Shown piece after piece: positions 49,720-61,910 of a stretch of 62,979 nucleotides of DNA. Both the position numbers and the translations under genes were made by a program. The stretch lies in contig CADBOF010000011.1 of the NCBI GenBank assembly GCA_902796345.1, positions 1 through 62,979 of the forward strand, read 5' to 3'. Source of the DNA: an uncultured Pseudomonadota bacterium (GTDB lineage: Bacteria > Pseudomonadota > Alphaproteobacteria > RUG11792). The notes beneath the pieces were generated by a model that saw only the letters and a list, made by a program, of their open reading frames with translations, searched no databases and was not told where the DNA came from. Within the stretch, counting starts at the first letter, position 1; every line of letters starts with the position of its first letter.

Positions 49720-50211
49720 TTACTTTTTCGAAGATTTTTTTCCTCGATTACTATTTCCCAAACCGGTAGTTTTTGCAATACCACTACGACGACGTGCGTA
49801 AGCAGGAGCAACTGACGGATAATCCGCAGACAATCCCCAACGCTCTTTATACTGTTCTACGGTCATGTTGTATACAGTCATAAGGTGACGTTTTAACATT
49901 TGTAGTTTTTTTCCGTCTTCCAAACAAATCAAATAATCATCGTGAACAGAATCTTCTATCGCAACAGCAGGTCTACGAGACGGACTGTTTGCAACTGATT
50001 GATTGATTGACTTTAACTCTTCAACAAGTGCTTCGCTAAACTCTTTTAAAATGTCTTTTACTTCGTCAGTTCTGACAGAGTTTTTTGAAATGTAGGCTGA
50101 AGTTAAATCAACAACCAAAGACAAAAAATCTTGAATCATTCCGCTTTCCGGTTTTTCACTGTCAAACAGTGCACAGGTTGCCGGATCCTTTTTTAATTTT
50201 AAAGTTGACAT
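49720..50211 (-). CDS. mucR: MucR/Ros-family transcriptional regulator
   Basis: C-terminal domain ICLEDGKKLQMLKRHLMTVYNMTVEQYKERWGLSADYPSVAPAYARRRS aligns with Ros [49 protein letters not shown]. Confidence 0.85.
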   Translation of the reverse strand: MSTLKLKKDPATCALFDSEKPESGMIQDFLSLVVDLTSAYISKNSVRTDEVKDILKEFSEALVEELKSINQSVANSPSRRPAVAIEDSVHDDYLICLEDGKKLQMLKRHLMTVYNMTVEQYKERWGLSADYPSVAPAYARRRSGIAKTTGLGNSNRGKKSSKK

Positions 50212-50449
50212 AATGTTCCTTTCATCATGGTGCTACGTTTTTAGCGTGCACGATTTTAAACATAAAAAAGTCAACGCGACTAATTTCGGTTAACTTTCTA
50301 ATAAAATGATACTTTTATTACAAAACAGTGTCAATAATAAAATTAAGTTTCGCACCTAAAAAAATAATTGTACAACTGTTTAATCTCCGTTGTCTCGTAT
50401 AAAAACGCTCTCTAAAACTTCAAAAACGATGATGTTTTTTATTTGATAT

Positions 50450-50866
50450 TCACTTCAAACTGTTTGCTACGCTCAAAACAAGCGTTGAAATTAACATCGC
50501 GGGCACAAACGGAATTATTTTATTTTTTCTCAAAATTGATGCAAAAATACCAATACAGCCAATTAGAATTAACAAAATTGGCAAGTCTCTGTTATCCAAA
50601 AATGGGGAAATTGATATACTGATAAAATAGTCTGCAGTTCCACAAACGTTTTTTTTTAAAAATATTTTTGAAAATAATCCGATACATAAAACAACAACAA
50701 AAAGAAAAATACTACATTCTTTGCGAGTGAGATAATAAAAAAAACAACTAAGAATAAAAACAAGTAAAGGAAATACACTGACAGAGTGCGTTCGCCAATC
50801 CTGAATACACAACACTCCACCTGACACAAGGACATTAAGAATAATGCAACATGAAATGAAGAGCAC
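50450..50866 (-). CDS. Small polytopic membrane protein, A24 (prepilin peptidase, CpaA/TadV-like) family candidate
   Basis: 138 aa with about 5 TM segments. IQDWRTHSVSV resembles the first catalytic-Asp motif (D-x-R-T/x-x-x-I/V). GTADYF resembles G-x-G-D-x-K. IIPFVPAMLIS resembles the conserved C-terminal IPFGPFL. The GTG start overlaps the ffh stop (TAGTG). Confidence 0.4.
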   Translation of the reverse strand: MLFISCCIILNVLVSGGVLCIQDWRTHSVSVFPLLVFILSCFFYYLTRKECSIFLFVVVLCIGLFSKIFLKKNVCGTADYFISISISPFLDNRDLPILLILIGCIGIFASILRKNKIIPFVPAMLISTLVLSVANSLK

Positions 50867-52176
50867 TATTTTCGAAAATTGTGAAGCATGTTTTGCATAA
50901 AATTACCATTTGTCATTTTTATCATTACCGTTCTTATTTGTTCATACTGTTGAACAAGCTTATTTACTGCAGATACGTCCTGACCACAACCTTCGGCTAT
51001 TCTCTTACGTCGTGATGCGTTCAAAATTGTTGGTTGTTTACGCTCCTTGGGAGTCATTGATCTTATTATAGCGATCTGTTTTGATATCAATTTATCAGAT
51101 ATTCCACCTTCATTTAGCTTTGCTTGTACTTGTTTTATCCCCGGTATAAAACGCATTATGCCTTTCATGCCTCCTATTTTTTCAATTTGTTTTAGATATG
51201 ATTCCATCCCATTAAGGTCAAACTCACGTCCTACTTTTACATTTGCAACACTATCAGCGACGTTTGCATCGATCGCTTTTTCAACCAAACTTATTACGTC
51301 TCCTTGATCTAAAATTCGTGACGCTATTCGTTCTGGATGAAATACTTCAATATCAGATATTTTTTCGCCTGTTCCAATAAATTTTATTTGACAATTTGTG
51401 ACAGCCTTTGCTGAAAGTGCAACACCACCGCGTGCATCTCCATCAACACGCGTAAGAACGAGCCCAGTAAGATTTAAATTTTCGTTAAAACTTTTTGCAA
51501 TATTCAGTGCACTTTGCCCCGTCATTATGTCAATTGCAAGAAATATATCTTTTGGATTGATTACGGATTTTATTTTTAAAAGCTCTTCCATCATTTTGTT
51601 GTCCAAATATGTGCGACCAGCTGTATCGTATATGACAACATCGTACTTATCTGAAAAATTATGTGCTTTGTGTGCTATTTCAATAGGCTTATCACTATCA
51701 GAAAAATTTTCAAAAAAATCTATGTTGTTAGACGTTGCTAATATTTGCAACTGTTCAATTGCTGCGGGTCTGTAAGTATCTAAAGATACGAGTAAGCATT
51801 TTTTATTAAATTTTTTTTGTAAAAGATTTGCAAACTTTGCTGATGTTGTAGTTTTTCCGGAGCCTTGCAATCCAACAAACATAACAGATTTATAATTAAA
51901 ATCGTTGTTATCATTGCCCAGGAATTTCACTAGTTCATCATATACAACTTTTATTATGGTTTGTTCGGGGGTAACACTTTTTATAACATTGTGATCTTTA
52001 AGTTTTAATTTAATGTCTTCTATGAAATTTTTTACAACGTTTAAGGCAACATCTGCTTCTAATAAAGATATACGAATTTCACGCACAGTTGAATTTATAT
52101 CATTATCAGTCAGAATCCCTTTATTTCGAATTTTTCCAAATACTGATAAAAGTTTTTTCGACAGACCGTCAAACAT
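50866..52176 (-). CDS. ffh: Signal recognition particle protein Ffh
   Basis: MFDGLSKKL..., GLQGSGKTTT, DTAGR, TRVDGDARGG, and a Met-rich M domain. Confidence 0.95.
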   Translation of the reverse strand: MFDGLSKKLLSVFGKIRNKGILTDNDINSTVREIRISLLEADVALNVVKNFIEDIKLKLKDHNVIKSVTPEQTIIKVVYDELVKFLGNDNNDFNYKSVMFVGLQGSGKTTTSAKFANLLQKKFNKKCLLVSLDTYRPAAIEQLQILATSNNIDFFENFSDSDKPIEIAHKAHNFSDKYDVVIYDTAGRTYLDNKMMEELLKIKSVINPKDIFLAIDIMTGQSALNIAKSFNENLNLTGLVLTRVDGDARGGVALSAKAVTNCQIKFIGTGEKISDIEVFHPERIASRILDQGDVISLVEKAIDANVADSVANVKVGREFDLNGMESYLKQIEKIGGMKGIMRFIPGIKQVQAKLNEGGISDKLISKQIAIIRSMTPKERKQPTILNASRRKRIAEGCGQDVSAVNKLVQQYEQIRTVMIKMTNGNFMQNMLHNFRK

Positions 52177-52297
52177 AATTAATCACTGATAATTTATAAT
52201 ACATAAGTTTAGCATTTTACGAAAAACAAAAATTGAAGATAATGGATATGTTGTACTACAATCACTCAGTGATGTTTGCAAGATTGTTCAAAATTTT

Positions 52298-52726
52298 ATG
52301 AATTTTTGTAAAAAAATAATAGTATTATTTGCGTTCGGAGTAATAAGCACTTGCAATGTGTCGGCTAGCCAAAACACCGATATTAACGAGATAATTGATA
52401 CAAAGTCAGAATTAAGCACTCTCAATATTGACGAATTAATAAAGGAAAAATCAAACAACAAATTTAGCAACTGCATAGTAAATAATAATGGACATGGTAG
52501 AAATAGCGAATTTCCGAATAAAAATTACAAATCTAAAAAAATTAATATTACGTTTTTTGGCGATTCGATTGGTGGCTTTGAAAATTGGGCAGATGTAAAA
52601 GACTTTGGGAAAGAGTTTTTTCAAAATTTGTTTATAGCCTTTAAAGCATTTCACAGTTGTGATATCTCGGATCATATTAACATCAGTGATGAGTTGTCTT
52701 GTTGCGATATTTATCCTATAGATTAA
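52298..52726 (+). CDS. Hypothetical exported protein
   Basis: Signal peptide MNFCKKIIVLFAFGVISTCNVSA. No recognisable domain. The 3' end overlaps the convergent 109-aa gene by 4 nt. Confidence 0.45.
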   Translation: MNFCKKIIVLFAFGVISTCNVSASQNTDINEIIDTKSELSTLNIDELIKEKSNNKFSNCIVNNNGHGRNSEFPNKNYKSKKINITFFGDSIGGFENWADVKDFGKEFFQNLFIAFKAFHSCDISDHINISDELSCCDIYPID

Positions 52727-53052
52727 GAGAGTAATGACAAAGTTATTGAACTGCCATTGTTTATGGTAAGGTTAACGCATTGTTTCGAAACAAAATTTAT
52801 TGAAAAGTCTTCATATTGTCCTACAGAACTATACGGTTTATCATTAATCCAGACAGTCCAATTCTTAGGGGTTATAAACAAAATTCCAGATAGTTTATAA
52901 GTAGTTTTTGCGCTTTTCCCTTTCGTTTTTTCTGTTGCTGTTTGATTTAGTATGGCTTTGCTTTCTTTATCTGAAAAGAAATACGAAGTTTCTGCCATAG
53001 CGATTGAAATTGATAGTAACAGAGCAATGTTTATTTTGTATACAATGTACAT
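52723..53052 (-). CDS. Hypothetical exported protein, PilP / GspC-HR-domain-like candidate
   Basis: Signal peptide ...LLLSISIAMA|ETS. YKLSGILFITPKNWTVWINDKPY...VNLTINNGSSITLSL follows the L-x-G-I/V ... V-x-L ... NG ... L-x-L pattern of PilP/GspC HR domains. 22-nt overlap with the upstream gene. Confidence 0.4.
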   Translation of the reverse strand: MYIVYKINIALLLSISIAMAETSYFFSDKESKAILNQTATEKTKGKSAKTTYKLSGILFITPKNWTVWINDKPYSSVGQYEDFSINFVSKQCVNLTINNGSSITLSLLS

Positions 53053-53561
53053 AAAAGAACAGTTTCCAAAATGTGACGACCGTTATTAAGGCGTTTCTTA
53101 TTTATTTTAACAGCAATTGTTCTAACAAAACCTTCATATTGATCAATTTTATTGATAAAATCAAATATGAAGTTGTCATGTACAAAAGTACTATTAATTT
53201 TAATAGGAGTTTCGCGAATATTTGAAAGTTTATTAATTTCTCCGACATTAATATCAAGTATTTTGGCTTTCGTTGTATCAATGGATTGTTCAATATATTG
53301 TATAAATTGTTCACTATTTGAATTTAATTTGTGCTTTTGCACAATTATGTTATTTTTTAGAGACATTACTTTATCATAAGTGGTTTGTAACGGTATTAGT
53401 TCTAATTCTTTATTTCTATAAATATGTTGAACATATGCGTTCATTGCCAATATTGTAATTGGTAAAATAGTATATTTTATATTAAAAACGGATATTATAT
53501 TTTTAAAAGAAAAATTTTTCAGCAGCGAATTGTCTTTAATATGATGAATATTGTCAAGCAT
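53031..53561 (-). CDS. Hypothetical bitopic membrane protein with PilN/PilO/GspM-like topology
   Basis: 176 aa. A short cytoplasmic N-terminus, one TM (YTILPITILAMNAYV), a predicted coiled coil and a C-terminal domain of about 100 aa. 8-nt overlap with the upstream gene. Confidence 0.4.
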   Translation of the reverse strand: MLDNIHHIKDNSLLKNFSFKNIISVFNIKYTILPITILAMNAYVQHIYRNKELELIPLQTTYDKVMSLKNNIIVQKHKLNSNSEQFIQYIEQSIDTTKAKILDINVGEINKLSNIRETPIKINSTFVHDNFIFDFINKIDQYEGFVRTIAVKINKKRLNNGRHILETVLLCTLYTK

Positions 53562-54945
53562 CTACAGTAACACTTTCGTTAACATAATAGCCGTCAGTGT
53601 AATTTTCAGAAAAATCATCTTCAGATAAGTCGGTTTCCTCAGTGTCGTCATTTTCATCACTATGAATATTATTGAGTTCGTCAACGGCATCATCACTGTT
53701 TGTGATTAAATTATGTTCGCTGTAATCGGCTACCGGATTACCATCAATATCTGTATTGTTATCGTTATCTACAGGTATATTATCGTTTTTGTTTGCTTCT
53801 TCTGTGACAGATACTTTATTCCCACTTTCACAATACATTATTATGTTTTGAAGTTTCCCTTTTTTGTTTTGGGTATATTGTTTTATAGCGTCTTCATAAT
53901 TCGGCAGATTTAAAAGATTTCTAGAATGCAGTTCCTGCCAAGTATCGATATCTTTTGTAATCTGTGAATCATTTATTGCGTTTTTTATATTATTTATATG
54001 TTCGTTTATTTCTTTTATTTTATAGGCATTAGTAATACTATTTGAAAATAGTACGCCAGAAAATACTAAACATGCAATCTTAAATGTACTGTTTTCAATT
54101 CGTCTGCATGACTTAATATTAAACATGGTAGACATTACCTTCATCTTTAGTTCTGAATAAGCCGAAAGATAGTCAACAACGCTATCTCCGAACTCATATA
54201 TAACTAAATTATTCATATCTACGTTAGTAACGTTTTTAATATAGTTTAGAGTATTATGTACTTCATCGTTCTTATTTTTATTTTCTAAAGAGACACTTCT
54301 ATTGTATACAACATATCCATCATCGGTTAGTATTATATGCAAATAGTCCATGTAATCTATAACAAGTAATGTCGGCGTTAATACATTATGCTTACAACGA
54401 TTAAAAAAGGTTGACACAACCCAGAAAGGAAATACAGAAGTAGAAAATATATTCAATTTATATGAATTGTTTAGTAAAAGCTTTGTAATATCATTCGATA
54501 TATCAGCAGTACAAATTCCGTATGTGAGTTTTTTATTAAATCGAATACTTTTGTCATTAGAAACTCTTCCGTAAAAGACAGTATTACAATGACTATCATT
54601 TAATGCGTGTTTTGCAACACCATTTATGTTTCCAATTCCGGATATTTTAGTTAAAAATAATTTGCAAGCCATTGATCTATGAAAAAGCACGAGCTCTATC
54701 GGTAAATTAAGCCCCAGCAACAAATCAATTAATTTTTCAGAATTCTGTTCTGTATTGGAAATTAATCTACCTTTATCATCAAATAGCAAACGATTTATTA
54801 GTAAACCTGATTTGAAATGTTCGAGTTTCGATTTATTTTCGAACAAAAAAACGCGAATAAACTCATCGTGTTTTTTGTTGAACAATCCAACGCATTTGAC
54901 CATTCGCCGTACTCCCATAGGATGGCTTACCCATATGATGTGCAA
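53554..54945 (-). CDS. Hypothetical protein with a GspL / PilM-PilN-fusion-like architecture (degenerate actin-like cytoplasmic domain, TM, coiled coil, acidic tail)
   Basis: 463 aa. KLNIFSTSVFPFWVV and TLLVIDYMDYLHIILTDDGYVVYNRSVSL resemble the PilM/FtsA/GspL second-subdomain strands. TM FKIACLVFSGVLFSNSITNAY. Coiled coil KIKEINEHINNIKNAI. C-terminal D/E/N-rich tail of about 90 aa. Confidence 0.4.
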   Translation of the reverse strand: MHIIWVSHPMGVRRMVKCVGLFNKKHDEFIRVFLFENKSKLEHFKSGLLINRLLFDDKGRLISNTEQNSEKLIDLLLGLNLPIELVLFHRSMACKLFLTKISGIGNINGVAKHALNDSHCNTVFYGRVSNDKSIRFNKKLTYGICTADISNDITKLLLNNSYKLNIFSTSVFPFWVVSTFFNRCKHNVLTPTLLVIDYMDYLHIILTDDGYVVYNRSVSLENKNKNDEVHNTLNYIKNVTNVDMNNLVIYEFGDSVVDYLSAYSELKMKVMSTMFNIKSCRRIENSTFKIACLVFSGVLFSNSITNAYKIKEINEHINNIKNAINDSQITKDIDTWQELHSRNLLNLPNYEDAIKQYTQNKKGKLQNIIMYCESGNKVSVTEEANKNDNIPVDNDNNTDIDGNPVADYSEHNLITNSDDAVDELNNIHSDENDDTEETDLSEDDFSENYTDGYYVNESVTVDA

Positions 54946-54990
54946 TATTTGTAAAGATAATGTTAATTTGTTTGAAAAGTTTGCAACAAT

Positions 54991-55593
54991 TCATAAAACG
55001 GTGTAACTATTAATATCTAATAATTTATATATATGTATACCTCCCATTGATTCAAACTTCTTTTTTATTATAGTTAACGGCTCTTCATAATATTTTTTAA
55101 GTTCATGTTCGGGAATTCCTCTTTTTGCTCTATACCATTCAATTTTATCTTCTACGGTTATATATTTATCAATACCGCTCATTTTATCGCAAAGCTGAAT
55201 TAATTCTATATATTTATCATATTCAAGTTTGGATAGGATTTGCCATATAGCGCTAATTTCATTTTCGTCGCCTTTGCAAAAATGTGTTACATGGACGATG
55301 TTTTTAACCGGAAACGGATGGGCAATACAAACTTTTGCAATTTGACTGTTCGTATCTTTTAAAAGTTCATACCCAATCCTCGGATGCCTGTAAACACGAT
55401 TTGGGTCACTGTCACGAATACCTTCAAATTTCCCTATATCATGAAGCTCTCCACACAAAAATGCTAGCTCCGCGTTTAGTCCGCATTTTTCCGCAATTAA
55501 TTTTGCTGCATTAGCTACGAGCATTGAGTGATTATACGTTTTCGCATTTCGGTCTCGTTCCAAAAAATTATTTGGTAAATATTTTTCAATCAT
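54991..55593 (-). CDS. HD-domain (HDIG-type) metal-dependent phosphohydrolase
   Basis: H...LHDIGKF...H motifs (HSMLVANAA..., GELHDIGKFEG, RHPRIGYELL). Start at ATG 55593, 7 nt after the mlaF stop. The ORF-track start is 55638. Confidence 0.7.
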   Translation of the reverse strand: MIEKYLPNNFLERDRNAKTYNHSMLVANAAKLIAEKCGLNAELAFLCGELHDIGKFEGIRDSDPNRVYRHPRIGYELLKDTNSQIAKVCIAHPFPVKNIVHVTHFCKGDENEISAIWQILSKLEYDKYIELIQLCDKMSGIDKYITVEDKIEWYRAKRGIPEHELKKYYEEPLTIIKKKFESMGGIHIYKLLDINSYTVL

Positions 55594-55600
55594 AATATAT

Positions 55601-56365
55601 TTATGCAGTAAAAGGTCCAACGAGAGAGCCAGTAACAAATTGTTTTACATAAGGGTTATCTGTTGTCCACAAGTCTTTATTATCACCCTCCCATATTATT
55701 TTGCCTCCGAATAATAACCCCACTCTGTCACTTATATGTTTTAAGCTATTAATATCATGCGTAATCGATAAAGCGGATATTCCCATTTCTTTAGTAAATT
55801 TAACTATCAACTCGTTAATCATACCGCTTGTAATAGGATCCAATCCAGTTGTTGGCTCATCAAAGAATATTATATCTGGGCTTGTGGCAATAGCGCGCGC
55901 AAGGGCTACACGTTTTTGCATCCCTCCCGAAAGCTCGGACGGATATTTCTCTAAAACATCATCTTTTAAATTAACATCGTGAAGTTTTTCAATTGCTATT
56001 TCTCTCGCTTGTTTTTTTGAGAATCCAAAACCATACACAAGACCGAATCCTATGTTATCTGCAACGGTTAAACTATCAAATAATGCTCCACCTTGAAACA
56101 AAATTCCACATTTAAGCATTAATTTGTCTCTGTCCTTTTGGTTAAGATTTGTCAATTCATTACCATTTATTTTGACGCTTCCAGATGTTGGCTTTAAAAT
56201 TCCTATAATACTTTTTAGTAATACTGATTTCCCAGAACCAGAACCACCGATTATTACATACGACGTTCCCTTTTTAAGTTTTAACGAAACACCTGTAATA
56301 ACTTTATTTGATCCAAATGATTTTGTTAAATTGTTAACTTCTATTACGTACATAAAACCCCTCAA
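55601..56365 (-). CDS. mlaF: ABC transporter ATP-binding protein, MlaF-like
   Basis: Walker A GGSGSGKS, signature LSGGMQKRVALARA, Walker B IIFFDEP. It follows the MlaE-like permease with a 4-nt overlap. Confidence 0.8.
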   Translation of the reverse strand: MRGFMYVIEVNNLTKSFGSNKVITGVSLKLKKGTSYVIIGGSGSGKSVLLKSIIGILKPTSGSVKINGNELTNLNQKDRDKLMLKCGILFQGGALFDSLTVADNIGFGLVYGFGFSKKQAREIAIEKLHDVNLKDDVLEKYPSELSGGMQKRVALARAIATSPDIIFFDEPTTGLDPITSGMINELIVKFTKEMGISALSITHDINSLKHISDRVGLLFGGKIIWEGDNKDLWTTDNPYVKQFVTGSLVGPFTA

Positions 56366-57138
56366 AATAACACAAATGTTAATATACCATCAAGTAATAA
56401 AATTATTATTGAGGATGAAACAACTGAATTCGTTGTTGAGCGCCCAACTCCTTCAGCACCTTTTGTTGATGAAAAACCTTGATAACATCCCATCAGACAA
56501 ATAACAAATCCAAAAGCTGCACCCTTGATAAGTCCCGAACAAACGTCCCATGCGGACATTGATACAAAAGTATTATGAATATAATTAGCTGAATTAAACC
56601 CTAAGTGATATACACCGACTAAATAACCACCAAGGATACCTATAATATCATCAATAAAAACAAGGAATGGCATTAATAAAGTGCCTGTTATTATTCTTGG
56701 AAATACAAGATATTTATAAGGATTGACTGAAAGACTAGACAACGCATCTATTTGTTCTGTAACCTTCATCGTTCCTATTTCTGCCGTCATCGACGCCCCT
56801 AACCGCCCTGCGACCATGAGTGATGCAAGGACTGGCCCCAGTTCTCTAGTCATCGCAATCATAACAACTGAAGGTATCGCTCCTTCAGATGTAAAGTTTG
56901 AAAAACCGTCATAGCATTGCAAGGTCATTGCCATTCCTGTAAATAATGCCGTAAGTCCTACTACAGGCAATGAATAGTAGCCTATTTGTATAGTCTGAAT
57001 TGCAATTTGTTTCCAATAGTATGGCGGCGTTAATCCCGTCAGTAAACTTCTAAAAAGAAAAATAGCTATGTTTCCTGTTGCTCTCAAAAATTTTAAAAAG
57101 ACTTTACCGACAACAGTTAAAAAGTCGTAAAAATTCAT
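56362..57138 (-). CDS. mlaE: ABC transporter permease, MlaE-like
   Basis: 258 aa. The typical MlaE blocks REL.PVL..L..AGR.GAS..AE.G.M.V.EQIDAL are present as RELGPVLASLMVAGRLGASMTAEIGTMKVTEQIDAL. Confidence 0.8.
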   Translation of the reverse strand: MNFYDFLTVVGKVFLKFLRATGNIAIFLFRSLLTGLTPPYYWKQIAIQTIQIGYYSLPVVGLTALFTGMAMTLQCYDGFSNFTSEGAIPSVVMIAMTRELGPVLASLMVAGRLGASMTAEIGTMKVTEQIDALSSLSVNPYKYLVFPRIITGTLLMPFLVFIDDIIGILGGYLVGVYHLGFNSANYIHNTFVSMSAWDVCSGLIKGAAFGFVICLMGCYQGFSSTKGAEGVGRSTTNSVVSSSIIILLLDGILTFVLF

Positions 57139-57214
57139 ACTTTTCTGTATTCATGTATACTAAGATTTTACAAAGTTTGATAGTATAAAATCAACTTACA
57201 ATATGACGTTCAAT

Positions 57215-60768
<3,554 letters not shown>

Positions 60769-60770
60769 TT

Positions 60771-61583
60771 TTAACCTTCATTTGCTTGTGTCACATTTGG
60801 CTCATTGATGTTATTTTGGTTGTCACGTAAAATACGTCTTGCTTTACGACAGCAGAAAATAATTGATATCAAATATGCTACTACCAAAACGCTTAAAGCT
60901 TTCCAGGTATAAACAAAAGCGATAGCAACAACTATAGAAATTAATAATAAAAACGGTATAAATTGCCCCCTTTTGAGATGGGCTTTTTTTATAGATGGAG
61001 TAGGAATTGTTGATACGCACAGCAAGCCGGTAATTAGTACAACGATAGCTCCGAGTTTTTCGCTTAAAAATACGGGATCTGTAAAAGCATTAAATAAAAT
61101 AATCGGGAATTCCGATAATAGTGCACCTGCAGGAGCGGGCACGCCCGTAAAAAATCTACCTGACAACGGCGTTTTTATATGTTCAATGTCTTTCGTATTA
61201 AACCTTGCTAGACGTAGGCACATACAAACAGCAAATAGTACGGCAATAATCCATCCTGTCCTACCCAGTTCGTGCAAACTGAATAGATATATTGAAATAG
61301 CTGGGGCTACACCAAAAGCTGCAAAGTCAACTAGTGAATCGAGTTCAGCCCCAAATCGACTGCATGAATTCAGTAATCTTGCAAGTCTTCCATCAGAGGC
61401 GTCAAGCAAAGCCGATACAAGGACGCATACGACAACAGCTTCCCACTTGTTACTCAATGCAAACTTTATCTGAGCCAAACCGGAAAATAACGACAGCAAA
61501 GTTATTATATTGGGCACCATCTTATTTATAGGCAATATTTCGCGAAGTCTTCTTCTATGTGATATTTTCTTGTGCCGGTACAT
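60771..61583 (-). CDS. pssA: CDP-diacylglycerol--serine O-phosphatidyltransferase
   Basis: PNIITLLSLFSG. CDP-alcohol phosphatidyltransferase motif DASDGRLARLLNSCSRFGAELDSLVD. About 270 aa. Start taken at ATG 61583. The ORF-track TTG is at 61625. Confidence 0.8.
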   Translation of the reverse strand: MYRHKKISHRRRLREILPINKMVPNIITLLSLFSGLAQIKFALSNKWEAVVVCVLVSALLDASDGRLARLLNSCSRFGAELDSLVDFAAFGVAPAISIYLFSLHELGRTGWIIAVLFAVCMCLRLARFNTKDIEHIKTPLSGRFFTGVPAPAGALLSEFPIILFNAFTDPVFLSEKLGAIVVLITGLLCVSTIPTPSIKKAHLKRGQFIPFLLLISIVVAIAFVYTWKALSVLVVAYLISIIFCCRKARRILRDNQNNINEPNVTQANEG

Positions 61584-61910
61584 ACCAACAAAGTAAAACA
61601 ACTTTTCTCTAAAATTGTACAACAATCAGTTGTTGAACCACCGTTGTGTTTCTATTCTATGTTGTACCGTTATTTTTATAGATTGTAGATACTCTCATCC
61701 AACCGAGATCTTGAATTATCTCAACAGGTCTCATTTCACAACTTTGGCAATTGTATGAATTTTTTAAAGGGAATGTGCCTAGTTCTGATCGTTATCAACT
61801 TAATTTAAAAAAACTTCCGTCATATTGTAGCAAGCAATTATTAGCATTTAACCAAAAATTAACGATTGTTAAGGTATCCAAAAAAAGGTTCTTACATAAA
61901 ATGGTTAAAA

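Noticed and set aside
49602-49811. 69-aa minus-strand ORF spanning the nth-mucR spacer
   Set aside because: It overlaps the 3' end of mucR in another frame and runs through the mucR terminator hairpin and T-run. It has no RBS or recognisable features.
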